Shown: positions 40,480 through 53,430 of the stretch, in pieces
How the letters are laid out: the number at the start of each line of letters is the position of its first letter
Numbering within the stretch: the stretch's first letter is position 1
DNA from: Microbotryum violaceum
Lineage: Eukaryota
Reading direction: 5' to 3'
Assembly (NCBI GenBank): GCA_001244265.2
Contig: CDLV01000006.1
Coordinates: 2,294,001 to 2,358,000 of the forward strand
DNA: 64,000 nucleotides
Position numbers and translations under genes: made by a program
Notes under the pieces: model-generated
The model's input: only the letters and a program-made list of their open reading frames with translations
Database searches by the model: none
Told to the model about the DNA's origin: nothing

Positions 40480-43400
40480 TCACTGTTCCATGGCCTTGCC
40501 CTTGCCCTTATCTTTGAGGGCTTTGGAGAAGGCCTTGCGGGCCTGTTTGTAAGCGACCGCATCCTCGTCCTCGTCAGAACTGTCATCGACCGTTCGCGAA
40601 GGAGGAACTCGAGTACTCCACGTGCTTGAGGCGCCAACATCCGACCCGCCTTGCGCATGCCCGTTTGGAGGGTTGCTGTTGAGGAGAATGCCATGGCGTG
40701 GCGCGGCTCCTTGACCTGATCGGATGGAAGAAGCAGGCGAGGACATGGCCTGGTGTGCCGACGGCGAAGACTGATCCTCGGTCAATCGCACCGACTTCCT
40801 CTTGGCAAGCGCGCCCAGCGTTCCCGAACTCGACACGTCGCGTTGCATCGTCGTCGTCGTCGCCGTCGCCGAGCCATACTTGCGCGAAGGCTCAGCAACA
40901 GCTTCGGCCTCGGCACGATCAACGACGCTCATCATGCTTTCCTGGCCCTCTCCTGCGTGACCAGCCTTCTTTGGCAAGACCGTCGCGGTGCTCGGGTGGC
41001 TAACCCAGGTTGCGTTGCCGTGCAAAGCCGATTCCTTCTTGGCGCGTTTCCCGGCCTCGGCTAGCCCTCTGGGAATCTTGTTCGCCTTTGGTGCCGCATC
41101 GACCGGAGCCGGTGAGCTGGGGCGAGGAGACGGCGTTCCATTCGGCAGAGGCAAGGGCGAGGTAAGAGTGTCGTACACGGTACCACGAGCAGAAGGTAAC
41201 GAAGCCGCGAGGTCGGTCACCGTGTGCACAGGTTGAACCTTCGCAGTCAAAGGAACCGCAGGAACAGCAGGGGCGCCTTCTTCCACGACCTTCTTCTTCT
41301 TCTTCTTGACCGTACCAGTCGTCGCCGTTGCGACCGTCGCATTGGACATCACGGTGTTGCTCCTCGACAGCTTGCTCGGTCGCGTCGCCATAGAGGATTC
41401 TGCATTGGTGGGGATGCCGAGTTTCTCTGCGGAAAGCACGATCGTAGCGGCCCCTTCACCCGACGACGCCTTCTTCTTCTTCTTCTTGATCGAAGGTGTC
41501 TCCTCAGCTGGAGGACTTATCACGGTGGAAACAGGTCGAGCGAGGAAGGACTGGTTCGGGTAGTTGATGGGCATCGTTGAGGGCGAGACCGTGCCGAAAT
41601 CACTCGCGGCCTTGCTGGCGCGTTTGGTCGTCTTCTTCTTCTTGACTGTTGTGGTCGTCACAGTATGCAGACTCGCCGCCCTGGAGCGACCGAGATCGCT
41701 CATGGCCTTGGCACGCATCTTGGGATCGTTGACGACGCGCACCAAATTCCTCTGCGTCGGTTCGTCGTCGGAAGAGTCGTTGCCTGGGCGGAGACGACTC
41801 GGCGCAACCGATGCCGCTCGTCCACTGCTCGCCCGCTTCGGCGCGACAAGGACGTTGCGATCGATGCGCGTGTCCCACGAGTTGCTACCCATGACGGCGG
41901 CCCTCGCCGCCGAATCGTCGACGCGGCGCTCCTTCTTCTTGAACAGCGCTGCGAGCCCTCCAAAAATGGATCCACGACGCTTGCTGACTTTGGAACCACC
42001 GGCAAGCGAACTCGTATCGCTTGGCGGCGCATGTCGCTGCAATCGATTCGCCACGTACGACGTCGAAGTCGGCATGTCGTTAGGGTAGTGAGCCGAGCGT
42101 TGTGAACGGGCCAGACCGTTCTGGTGAGCGACGAAACCATGCGTCTCCTCCTCGTCAGACGAATCGTCAGTCGGGCGGCGAGTCGCAACGTTCGTCGGAG
42201 CTTTCGGGATCTCGAAAGTTGGCAAAGCCGTAGCCGCAGCGGCCTGTTCAGCGAGGTAGGCCGAGACGGGCCGGGGAGCGGTAGGGACCGGTCCAAGGAT
42301 GGGACGAGGTGGCGGTGGCGCGGATGCGCGAACGGTCGGTTGCCTGAAGACGAGTCGATCCGGAGGAGCACCACTAGCGATGGGTCCAAGTGCAAACGTG
42401 GGCGACTTGGCGCGATGCGGCGAAGCCGCCCTCTCCACTGCGGTGCTCGCATTTGCGTGGGGTCGACTCGAGGGGCGAAGCATGCCTTGTTCGACGATGT
42501 GATCTTCGAGAGATGATGAGGACGACGATCGAGACATGGCCTGTGACGCCGAATGAGAAGGGGTTATAGAGTCGCTGGCAATGGATTCGTCGTCACGGTT
42601 CTCGAACCGCTCAAAGTCTGTAAAGTCACAATGGACCGTCACGAGGCGTCAGCTCCAGGGCTGGAAGTCCAGGTTACCATCTTCTGCCACAACTCACGAG
42701 GTGCGTCGCCTTCTCCGTCCTGCCCCAACGCAACCAAGAGACCGTGGCTCTCGTGCGCACTCTCATCCATCACTCGCCCGAGTTCGCCGAGGCTGACCAT
42801 TCGCTCTGCCAAAGCCACTCGGAAGGTCTGACGCTTGGCATGACTGAGTGCAATCTCCTCGTCCTGAAGATAGGCTGTCAGAGCAAGAATAAACGATCAG
42901 TCAACCCGTTAACGTCGGCCAGGTGAGCCCACAATCTCGCGGACTCACTCTCGCACGCGGTCAACTCCCTCTGCGCATCGTCCAGCTTGGCCTGATGGCT
43001 ATGCAACGCCGAGTCGTTGGGCTTCTTGTTGCCCAACTTCATCAACTTGCCAACGAGGATTTCTCGATCTCGCACAACGGTCTTCAGCGCCTGTTCGCGC
43101 GCGAGCACATCCTTGAGTGAGACTCGGTAGATGTGTAGGGCCGTCGCGTGCGCACGTCGCGATTCCGTTACGGCCGAGGCAAGTTGGGATATCCGAATGG
43201 AGACGTCCTGTGACGAGAAAAGGAAGCAAAAGTGAGGACGAGCGGGTTAGCCGGTGTCGATCTCGAAAGATTGGAGATGTGGGGGCCAGGTGTGGCTGGC
43301 TGGCTAAGAAAACGTCGGCGACATGAATCTCGGGCGAGACGCCCGAGTGAAACACAAAATGACCACCTCGTTTTGACCCTCTTCTGGGAGATACGCCGCA

Positions 43401-43987
43401 CGAGGGTCCATGTGACGACTCCCTCGGCCTCTGGATCGCGGGTCTCGATCGCGGGTCCCAATTCGCCAAGTGTGACGAGCCCATCACCTCGACCAAATCT
43501 CGCCACCAACGCGACCACCTCCAGACTCCAGCCTACTACTCCCCAGTCTCACGAATGACAAATCGAAGACTTGCCATGATGTCCTGTGTATCGCCCGAAT
43601 CGGCGACGCTCCACGCGCTCAACGCCGAAGCGGCACTCGCAGCGTCCTTGGTGTAGGCCTTGAAGCTGAGTCCAGGCGCGGCGGCGACACGATGGGAAGA
43701 GTGCAATGGAGGAATGCCACGTCAGCTCAAAGAGTCCTTTCGTCTACTTTGTGCACTCCCCTCAGACGCTTTATGCGAGACCCGCCGCCGCGCACCGACC
43801 GATGACGCGCGGGGGTGTACCGACCTGCCTGGCCAGCCGTACGACGATCCGATCCCAGACCGACCACCCGACGACCGGCCACCTCACAACCTCCAAGATA
43901 GAGTGAGAAAGGCACGTACGAATTCTCGGCATTCTTCTCCGCCTTGATCAAGTTCTCCAACACCCTCGTATCGTGGAGGGAAGGCAT
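40480..43987 (-). CDS. Protein with N-terminal helical BAR/Pil1-like domain and long disordered C-terminus, multi-exon
   Basis: MPSLHDTRVLENLIKAEK, AASALSAWS, YRVSLKDVLAREQALKTVVRDREILVGKLMKL, KLDDAQRELTACE, then a 720-codon ORF. Family assignment is by resemblance only. Confidence 0.6.
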
Positions 43988-44605
43988 CGTCACAAGCGCC
44001 CGGAGAGGCGTGGGAGCTGGTGGCTATCAGCCGCGATCGAAGTGAATCAGTGAATCGGGCAGGTGTTCTCACGTCGGGAGTAGGTGATGGTACAAGATCA
44101 AATGAACAAAGGTGAGGAAGGGGGGAGAGCTCACTTCGATGCGAGTGATGAGCTGTTGAGCTGGTGGGATGGGACTGAAGGGTCGGTGATCGTCCGGTGC
44201 ACAGGGGTAGCTGAGCAGGAGGCAGCAGGAGAGGGGGGGCGGGGGGCGGGGGCGAACAGTGACGCGTGATCGAAAGTCTCGCGAGAGCTCGCGAGTGCAG
44301 CCGGAGGCAACAGGGAGGCGACGGGGGGGGTGGCACCCACAGCGCTGGGGCTATTACGACGCTCAGATGACTCAGGCGCGTCTGCGAATGGGCACCCGCT
44401 CATTCGATCGTCACAATCGTTTTCGCACTTAAAGGGGTTGACTCTTCATCTGGATGGATAGAAACCCATTATCCATAATTCAAATCACAACGCATACAAA
44501 GAGAGCTAATCAGAGTACAAGTTGAATACATGAGGGGGAGGGGATATCACTAGATCGAAGCACGGAGTGGACCTCCAAATACAATACTATCTCATCACCC
44601 TCGCT

Positions 44606-46632
44606 CTAATATGCCGCCACCTCAGCCGCGACCTGCCACAGCTTCTCCCTTGCCTGCACTTTAATTTCACCAAACGACTTGGCCTGCTCAATCTTGACGC
44701 AGTCGCGCGACGACAGCACGAGCAACTCGAAGAAGAAGGACGCCGCCGCCTTCTTGGTCACCTGCTGCGCGACATGCGAGAACTCGAGCGTCGCTTCGTC
44801 GTCGCCTTGCAGCTCGTCGTTGAGCACCGTGATGGCCTTGACAGTGTTTTTGCTCCATTTTGTCTTGCCGTTCGCAGCGAGCATCTCTTCTTCTTCGGTC
44901 GCACCGAGCGACTGCGATTGTGTCGCTGTCGGCGCCGAGACCGGACCGGTCGAGGCGTTGTCGAACACCGCCAAAGGACCCTTCGAGAGCGAACCAACTC
45001 GATCCTCATCCGCAAGATCGAGAGCTGACTCGCCCTCTTCGACGCGCTGCTTCTTGCGCGGCGAAGCCCTCGGTGTCCGGTTCGAATCCTTGGCCGGCGC
45101 AGCGGCGTTATCGTCGAGGTCGAAGCGGAAGTCGTCGCGCGAGGTATCAAACTCCATCGCCAAATCCATGCCACCCTGGTCCTCTCCTCCACCGAACTCG
45201 AGGTCATCAAAGGGTGCGTACGCGTCCTTGTCGGCAGCAGAGAACGCGAGACTGGCCTGGCGCTTGCGACCGAGTTCAACTTCGTCGGGCACAGCGCTCG
45301 AGGCTCGACCTTCCATTCGGATCAGCTCTCGTCGGGTCGGCATCTCGTAAAGACCTTTGAGCTCGGGAGCGAAACCAGTGGGAGCGAACAACTCGGTCGC
45401 GTCCGAGACGGAGGAAGGCAGGTTACTGGTCACATCGCGTTCGAGTTCGAGAAGTTGCAAGTGTAATCGAGATCGAGGCAGATACGAAGGCTCCTTGAGG
45501 TGGCGCGAGCGGCCGTTCCCCTGGGCCAACTCGATCGAAGCATCCATCAGTTGCTTGCGCACCTTCTTGGCACCCTTGGCAGCTGCGGCGGCGGCCTTGC
45601 CCTTGAGGTCGGCAAGCGTCTTGGGTGTCAAAGAGAGGTCATCATTTTCGAGGTCGCCATTGGCGATGGGTGCTGTGAAGAGTACAGCGATGGTCAGGTC
45701 AGCTTTCTGGTTGCACCACGCCGATGCAGTGGAAGCAGAGTTGTGAACTAACTCGTTTCTCGGTTGTCACCCCCGAACTCCAGGTTGAAATCATTGTTGT
45801 CGCGCCACGGCTCAAAGTCTTGTTCTATTCCACCCGTACCTTCCCTCTCAAATTGCGGGACCTTGTCCAGGTTCAGGTCGTCGAGGTCAAAGGGACCGAT
45901 CGATCCCCGGTCCGAGGCATGAACCGCGGCATCGCGACCGACTTCGACGCTGAGGTCGCCGTCACTGCGAGGGTTGCCGTCGTCCATGATACCGAGTTCA
46001 AAGTCCTCGTCAAAGAAGCCTTCGATCTGCGACTCGAGTCCACCGCCTTCGCCAAAATCAAAGTCGACGATGCCATGGTCCTCGCCCCACGCGAGCGAGT
46101 GGTCGGGCAAGTTGATGTCGGCGGCGTTCATGGTACTAGCGCGCAGTGTCTTGGCCTTGTTACCCAAGGTCGTCGCCGGTGCGGCGGTGGCGGAGCGAGC
46201 GTTGAAATCGAGGTCCCATTGCTGGCCGAGGAAGTTTTGCTGGTTGAGAATATCCTCGAGTCCACCTTCGTGCATGCCGAGGGTGATGGCGGCGGCGTTG
46301 GTGCCCCTCTGCGCGGTGTCGTTCTCGTGCATATCGACGGCTCCAGGTCGGAAGGCATTCTTGACTTTGATGAGGGTCTCGTTGCAGTCGTCGAGGAGGT
46401 ATTTGGTCTGGCGTGAGTAGATGCGCGCGACACCGAGCAGGAGCTGGCCCGAGAGACGGAGGGCCATCGATGGCAGGTTGAGCGTGTCGTCGTTGCCGAG
46501 GATGGACTTGACCGATGAAGGAATCGAAGTCGCGAGAAGATTGGTCTTTGAGAGCTTGGCCGACAGATGCGAGGCCATCCAAACGCGTGCGAGTGGGCCC
46601 CTCTTGGTGAGCATGTCTGAGTTGAAAAACAT
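44606..46632 (-). CDS. RAD21: Cohesin kleisin subunit Rad21/Scc1
   Basis: N-terminal MFF..LTKRGPLARVWMASH..LSK and MALRLSGQLLLGVARIYSRQTKYLLDDC. C-terminal winged helix TKKAAASFFFELLVL...IEQAKSFGEI. Confidence 0.93.
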
Positions 46633-46776
46633 AGTGACGAAAGCTGTGGCGCCAGAGGGAAAGGTTACCGAACAAGACGATCGATCAGTCCTCGATAGTA
46701 GCTAGAGTGTGGTATGCCAAGATGAGCGGGACAGGGACGGGAGGTGGGGGAGGTGGAAAAGACGCTGGTCTGGCGG

Positions 46777-46850
46777 ACGCGTCGGGGCAAGCCAGGTGCA
46801 AATAACGCCGCTCAAATAACGCCGCTGTCGGTCACGCGTCGCCCGCGTCA
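46777..46850. promoter_or_regulatory. MCB-like (ACGCGT) elements upstream of RAD21
   Basis: ACGCGT at 46777-46782 and 46834-46839, a near-match CCGCGT at ~46843, and a direct repeat CAAATAACGCCGCT x2. Confidence 0.4.
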
Positions 46851-47557
46851 CCGAGCGCGCGCGCGGCCGAGCCAAATACGACTGGATCGCCCGCCATCAA
46901 GTCGGATTGGGTGCGGCCTCCAGCCCGCCGACGAGTCCGACCAGTGACCGGTCACCACCATATGATCCTGCTGTGCGCACACAGTTGCTACAGGATCGAT
47001 GTAAAAGTGGACTCACGAGGTGAGTAGAGCACTAGAGGTGGGATTACGGGCTTGAGCTTGTGCTGATCAGAGGTCTGAGGAGGCGCAGTCTGAGTCGAGG
47101 CTGGATGAATGCACTCTCCAGCCAAAGCGGCCAATGTGTGATCACTCGGTGTGGTCCGCGGAGGGAGGGGTGGGACTTCAAGTCGAGTAGCACTGCCACG
47201 CGGTGAGAGCGCACGCACGGAGGGTATGGGCGATGATGGAAACACGTCGATCAGGTTTGACAAAGCTAGTGGGGTATGCGGAGTATCGAGTCGACGAGTC
47301 GAGGGGCAACTTAGTCTCGGGGAGGAAGGGGAGAGATGTCAAAAGGTCAAAGCGACAGTCGAGCGGCGGCGCGCAAGGCCAATCGGGCCGGGAAGGGGTT
47401 GTTCGTAATGACCCCATTGCATTCCATTAGCAACGCCGGTGTAAAAGGGTTGAAGCGCATGGACCCTCGCTCGTCTACGCGGGGTCGCTAGTCCACGTAC
47501 ACGGCTCACGGCTTGGTCACTCGACACCTACTTCCCACTCGACCGGTTCCCGCAATC

Positions 47558-49675
47558 ATGACAACGAGTGAGTCATGGTGCAATGGTGGACACGGTTATA
47601 TCTCCCGCGCGGCTGGCGTACCTCCCTCGTCTGGTCTCGCACTCGTGGGTGGTGTGACGGGAGTGAGCTCGCGTGTCACCACACCCCCACCGTCGCCGGG
47701 GACGTCGTGCTCACGGTCCAACGTCAACTGTGACTGCAACCGTGACTGACCGCGACCTTGTTTCCCCGATTCGCAGCTTCCAGCATTGGTATCGCCAATC
47801 TGCCCAACCAGGTCAGTCGAGTCGTCGTGTCTGGTCTGGCATGGTCTGGCATCGACGGGTCTGGCGTGTCTCAGCGTGGCCGTGCGAGCAGCCTCGAAAC
47901 GCCCGGTCCCCCTGGTCCATCGGTCACTGATCCCAGCCCTACGCCTCCATCTTGATCGTTCCCGATCCCACAGAGGCACAAGATTGGTCAGTCGCGTCGT
48001 CGGGCGCACCTGTAGAGCACACCAAGACATTCTCCTGCCGCACTGACACTCGGACCCGACGTGCTCCACAGTCGCCAAACGTGGCGGCCACTTCACCTTG
48101 ATGGTCGTCGGAGAGGCAGGGTTGGGCAAGACCACCCTCATGTACGTTTTCTTTTCTTTTCTACCAGGCCATTTAGTTGCGCTCTTCTACTACGAACCCA
48201 GCAGCATCGGTCCAGCCACGTCGTTCGTCTCGAGCGAAAGGCGCATTGATGCAGCGCTCAGACCTCCTTTTCGAACGAGTGCTCCGAGACCGGGTTGGAA
48301 CGTGCACCTTGACTCTTGGGTCTCATCACTGACCCATCGATTGTCCTCCACACAGCAACACCCTCTTCTCGACCGAACTTGCCCCCGTCAAGGACTACAG
48401 TCGTCGATTCGTCAAGCAGATGGACAAGACCACCGAGATCGGTCAGTGCCACCAGTCGGCTCGCCCACACGCGCCTCTCGTTTCCCGGCAGCTTAACCTT
48501 CATCCCCTTGAAGCACAGACATTATCAAGGCCGAGCTGGAGGAGAAGTTGTTCAAGGTCAAGCTCACTGTCATCGATACCCCCGGATTCGGAGATTACGT
48601 CAACAACCGTGATAGCTGGATGCCCATCGTCGATTTTATCGTGTGTGACTCTGCACTGTACTCCAAGACTCGCACGACTCTGACTCTCTCGATTTGAACA
48701 GGACGACCAACACGAGTCGTATATGCGCCAAGAGCAACAACCCCAGCGTGGCGAGAAGCTCGACATGCGAGTCCACGCGTGCCTCTACTTTATCCGACCA
48801 ACCGGATACATGTGAGTTCTCTGTAAAGTCTAGACATCTCAGCCTTCGTGTCACAGGCGCTTACTTCTCCCTCGGGTGTGCAGTCCTAAACCCCTCGATA
48901 TCGAGATCATGAAGCGATTGGGCACGCGCGTCAACCTCATTCCCATCGTCGCCAAGGCCGACACGCTCACGCCCCACGATTTGGCCGAGTTCAAGCAGAG
49001 GGTCAGTGCCATTCACTCTAATCAAAGCCAACTTGACTCCCATTCTGACTCTTCGTTGTGCACTTCCCCACCTAGATCCGCCTCGTGATCAAAGCTCAGG
49101 GGATCCGAGTGTACCAACCCCCAATCGAAGCCGACGACGAAGCCTCTGCCGAACACGCCAAAGTGCTCGCCGCGGCGATGCCCTTCTCCATCATCGGCTC
49201 GACACAAGAAGTCACGACCGCGGATGGGCGCGTCGTCAAAGGCCGTGATTACCTCTGGGGAGTCGCCGAAGTGGAGAACGAGGATCATTGCGATTTCAAA
49301 AAGTTGCGCTCGCTGTTGATCCGTACCCATATGCTTGACTTGATCGCCACGTCGGAGGAATCGCATTACGAGAATTACCGTCAAGCGCAAATGGAGACGC
49401 GCAAATTCGGCGAACCTAAAGTTAAAAAGGTCGAGAACCCTAAGTTCAAGGAAGAGGAAGAAGCGTTAAGAAAACGATTCACCGAACAGGTCAAGATGGA
49501 GGAGGCGAGGTTCCGTCAATGGGAACAGCATCTGATTGCCGAACGTGATCGATTGAACAAGGACTTGGAACAGGCGCACAGCTCGATCAAGTCGCTTGAA
49601 CTCGAGTTGGATTCGTTAGGCGGGAACGTCGGGTATGGCTCGACGACCAGTCGATCAACCGTTGGAAGGCGATAA
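47558..49675 (+). CDS. CDC12: Septin, Cdc12/AspC group, multi-exon with very short 5' exons
   Basis: [94 protein letters not shown]. Confidence 0.92.
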
Positions 49676-49826
49676 GGGGTCTGGAACGACTTCGTTTCCT
49701 TACCTCTAAACGACGACGTTTCACGATATCCCAAGCCACTCTTGGGACTCCCCGGTCCTTTCTTGTGTTACCCAGTACTGAGTTTCGCATCCACTTCTTT
49801 GAGGTTTCTTTTTTGTCCCTCTTCTT

Positions 49827-52800
49827 TCAACGGCCTTCTTTCATTCTTGACATGACCCGCCTTTCGCTTCCGTTCCGTAGCAACTTTTCCTCATCCTTTC
49901 TTGTGATGCCATAGCAATACGCCTTCCAGTAATTGTCCCAAAAGGTCCGGCTCCGACTTTCAGGTATCTCCGCAACACTGATTCCGATATCAAACTCCGT
50001 TCCATCCCAACTAATCACCACAGCAATCTAAGGATCACCGCCCAACCCAAAAACATGCCTCTTCAATTCGATCCCCCTCCATTGCTTCCATTCGTCGACT
50101 TGCCCAACCCAACCCCATTGAGCAGACCTTTCAAGCCGGGGAGATCTCGCTATACAACGGACGCATGCACGATCAAAAGGTTAGCTTTACTTTCCATGTT
50201 GCCAGGGTCTAAGATCTCTCACAGCGGAGAAAGTGCTTACGACTCCTTCAGAGAACCGTGGATACAAGGCACTGATTTCGAGGAAATGACTCGTCATGGC
50301 GGACCACCTAGAGGGGAGTGGATGCAAGAGTCACTCGACGGTAAACTTTGAGGAAAACCCGGTCTAGACGTACATCATGATATGCGAGTTCTCGGACCAG
50401 TATGCCTAAATCATTAAAAGGGGATCCGACGATGAGCAAACTCCTGTTTGGAGCGCTTGAACGGAAGTGAATGTGCACGACCAACGCACCGATTGTCGCC
50501 ATTCGTTCCTCGCTTCCGAGACCCTCGGATCATAAGGCAATATCCTCTCTACAATCGCCAAACGACACCCAACACAGATCCTCAGCTTTCCACACCGAGT
50601 CATCCACGCCTGACATCCAAAACAACTTACCACCTGCCCCCGCCTCTTTCTGACTCTTCTTCAGCGCATGCATAACCACATTCGCGTCATCACAAATCAA
50701 CATCAAATCCATAGGGCGGGTCTTGACGCCGGAAAAAGCCTTGACGGCCCTTCGGAGGAGACCTCCTTCGCCCAAGAGGTATTGGCGGAAGTTTTCCCAG
50801 TGTACGTGCAGAGCTCGTTCGATGAGGCTGATTTCGAGTAAGGTCGGTGGCAAAAGGGATTGGTCGGGTATGACGTCGATTGTCGCGGGCTGGAAATGTC
50901 AGAATTGCTGAAAGTCAGAACCCGAAGTCAAAGAAAGCGTTTTCGGCAGTGACGGAACGCACCTTTGAATCTCGGAACGACGGGTATCGCGTGCAAAGCT
51001 GCAAGTAGCTCATCAAGGCGTGGTGCCACAAACTATAGTCGTCGTACTCGTGGAAGCCGCATCGCTTGGCAGGGACGATGGATGGGCCCTGTACGAAACT
51101 TTCCAACTTGTCTCCAACTACAATCGACAGATAGTTAGAAAAGTCAGCAAGCGAGATCCGTCCCAGCTCCGAAGCGTGTAGTTACAAAAAACTCACGGTA
51201 TCCATACCGCGCCTTGAGGATCGCATCCCTCATCAAGATAACCCTGCATAGCTCGGCTCCTCGGGCATGCAGCTCAAGCGGCGATAGACTCGAGTAAACG
51301 CGCATATGATCAGGCGTGATCGAGTCCCTCTCGTTCGCTAGCGCCGGTCGACCGGGACTCATGAGCCATGCTCCTAAGATATCAGCTTGATCGGATGGTA
51401 TAATAAGGCGTCCAACATAGGACGAGGAGGGTGTAGGTGAGGACAGTTGTCGACTATGTGCGGTTAGAGTATGTGGAGAGGGAGCTCGGGACAAGGCGGC
51501 ATCGACCATCTGCTCGGGTAAGATTTTGCTTCTGAGGCCCTCCTGAGCTACGAAATGACCGAGATGCAACTGACCTTGATGTCGGCTTGAGCCTCCTCGT
51601 ATGGCACACTATCCTTGGTCAAGATATTCCGGATGATCTGTGACATGTTATCCACGGCGATCAGGGTCCGCACTAGTATGCCTGTTCAGCGTTCACAGAA
51701 TAAAGCTTACCGAGCCGTGTTGTTCAGCTCCCGTGCTTCGATAAAGCCCGTCAAGACCCAGGATCTACAGTACGTGTCCGAACTCATCAACACCACGGGA
51801 TTGAGTCTATGATGAAAGACCTATACAGACTTACCTTATCTTCAAATTCCTCTCCTTCCCTCGCCACGATCCACCTGCGATAAATCTCCTCCGGCCCTAG
51901 AGTCTGTTCAGCCGTCTTGCCTACACTCGTTCGTCGGTGCACAAAATGCATTATCCTTTTGCGATGCTCGCTCGATTCGACATCGTCCTGCGTGGTCTCT
52001 TCGGAGGGTACATCCGACAAAGCGGCCAACATATCTTGGACGGACCAGGCTTGTTCGTCTAGAAGTGTGAAGAGCGCGCTCAATTTGTCCCGATCGGATC
52101 GCGCCTTGTTCGAACCCAGCAAGGGATCCGAAGGTGTTCTTCGTAGTCTTGGTCGGGAAGCGGAACCTGGTGATGCAGGAGAGAATTGAGTTTGTTTCCT
52201 CTTTGTTGGAGAGGACCGAGTCTCCAATTTCGAGGTCGACGGCGCAGGTGGTGGTGCGTCTGAAATCAACTCGACAGGGGTAGAAGAAGCGGGGTACCGA
52301 ACCGCCGGCCGGATGAAAGGCTGTGCGGCCAGCGGTGGTGGCGGTGGCGGAGGTGGTTGGACCAACCGAGCCTGCTTCTTCGGAGGTCGATAATCCTTCT
52401 TCAATGATACGGCCATTGATACGGCCACATGGGTCGCAGTAGTCGTTGGTGGTGGGATACCCGAAGAAGCGGGTGTGCGCGACGCGGATGTGGAAGAAGC
52501 TGGAGAAGGGGTGTTCCAAGCCGACGCGACGCCTGCACTCGATCCGGGTGTCAACCCGCCTCCAGCGTGTTGATTCCTAAAAGCTCGGTGTTGCAGCGGT
52601 TGTTGATACAGCGCGGCCGGGGACGCGAGGTGTCTCTCCAAGAGTGTTTGATTGGTGCCGACGTCACCAGAGGTGCCCGGGGGGCGCGACGCAGGCCGAA
52701 AAAGTTGCTGTCCCTGTGCTGCGGACTGGTGGTGCTGCTGCTGCTGTTGCCAATGCTGTCGCTGCTGTTGTTGTTGCATCTGCATCTGAAGTTGCTGCTG

Positions 52801-53235
52801 CTGCAGGATCGAGGTGGACGAACTTGGATCATGGGGAGAAGCCGAACGTGATGGATAAGGTGCCAGTTGCTGGTCGAGCTCTTGTGGGTGAGGTTGTTGT
52901 ATGCTGGCGGCCGGGCTCATCGTCGGACTCGAAGTCGACGACCGGTTCGACGTCAACGCGAACAGAAACAATGCCGCGTCCGGGTAAGGCATTCCACCAC
53001 CACCACCATTATTATTTATGGGCCATATAAAGTGTTCTCCATCCACCATCCCCGCCGTGTCAAACATCCCTCCCTCGTGCTGAACCAAAGGAGCCGGCGC
53101 AGGCTGAGCTGAGTGAGGCTGAAGTGGAGGTGCTGGGTGGTGACCGTGAGCTGGAAGCGTGGATGGCGGTAACGATTGCGACGTGTCAAATCCACTGAAG
53201 TCGAGAAAGTCGCTGTAATGACCAGACGGATCCAT
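49827..53235 (-). CDS. Large multi-exon hypothetical protein (Q/P-rich N-terminus, helical C-terminal region)
   Basis: First exon MDPSGHYSDF to ~51834, followed by collinear minus-strand exons bounded by GT-AG signals down to ~49827. No family recognised. Confidence 0.6.
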
Positions 53236-53430
53236 CACAGCGTGTGGCCTCGTTCGACGATTCCCAGGCAGCGAATGAGCTTGTCGCGAAGAAGGCGCTT
53301 GACATTCGCTGCCGGTGAAAGGTCGACCGTGATGACGCGATCGGCGTTCCAGCAGTGCGGTGATAACCGGATTCTGCTCTGCCCAAAAATGAGAAATCGA
53401 AGAACACATACCAGACGGTCGGCCCCGCTC

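Noticed and set aside
50300-50620. In-frame stops suggesting the 49827-53235 gene is a pseudogene
   Set aside because: The stops fall in predicted introns or other frames once GTAAGT/GTGCGT/GTACGT donors are used.
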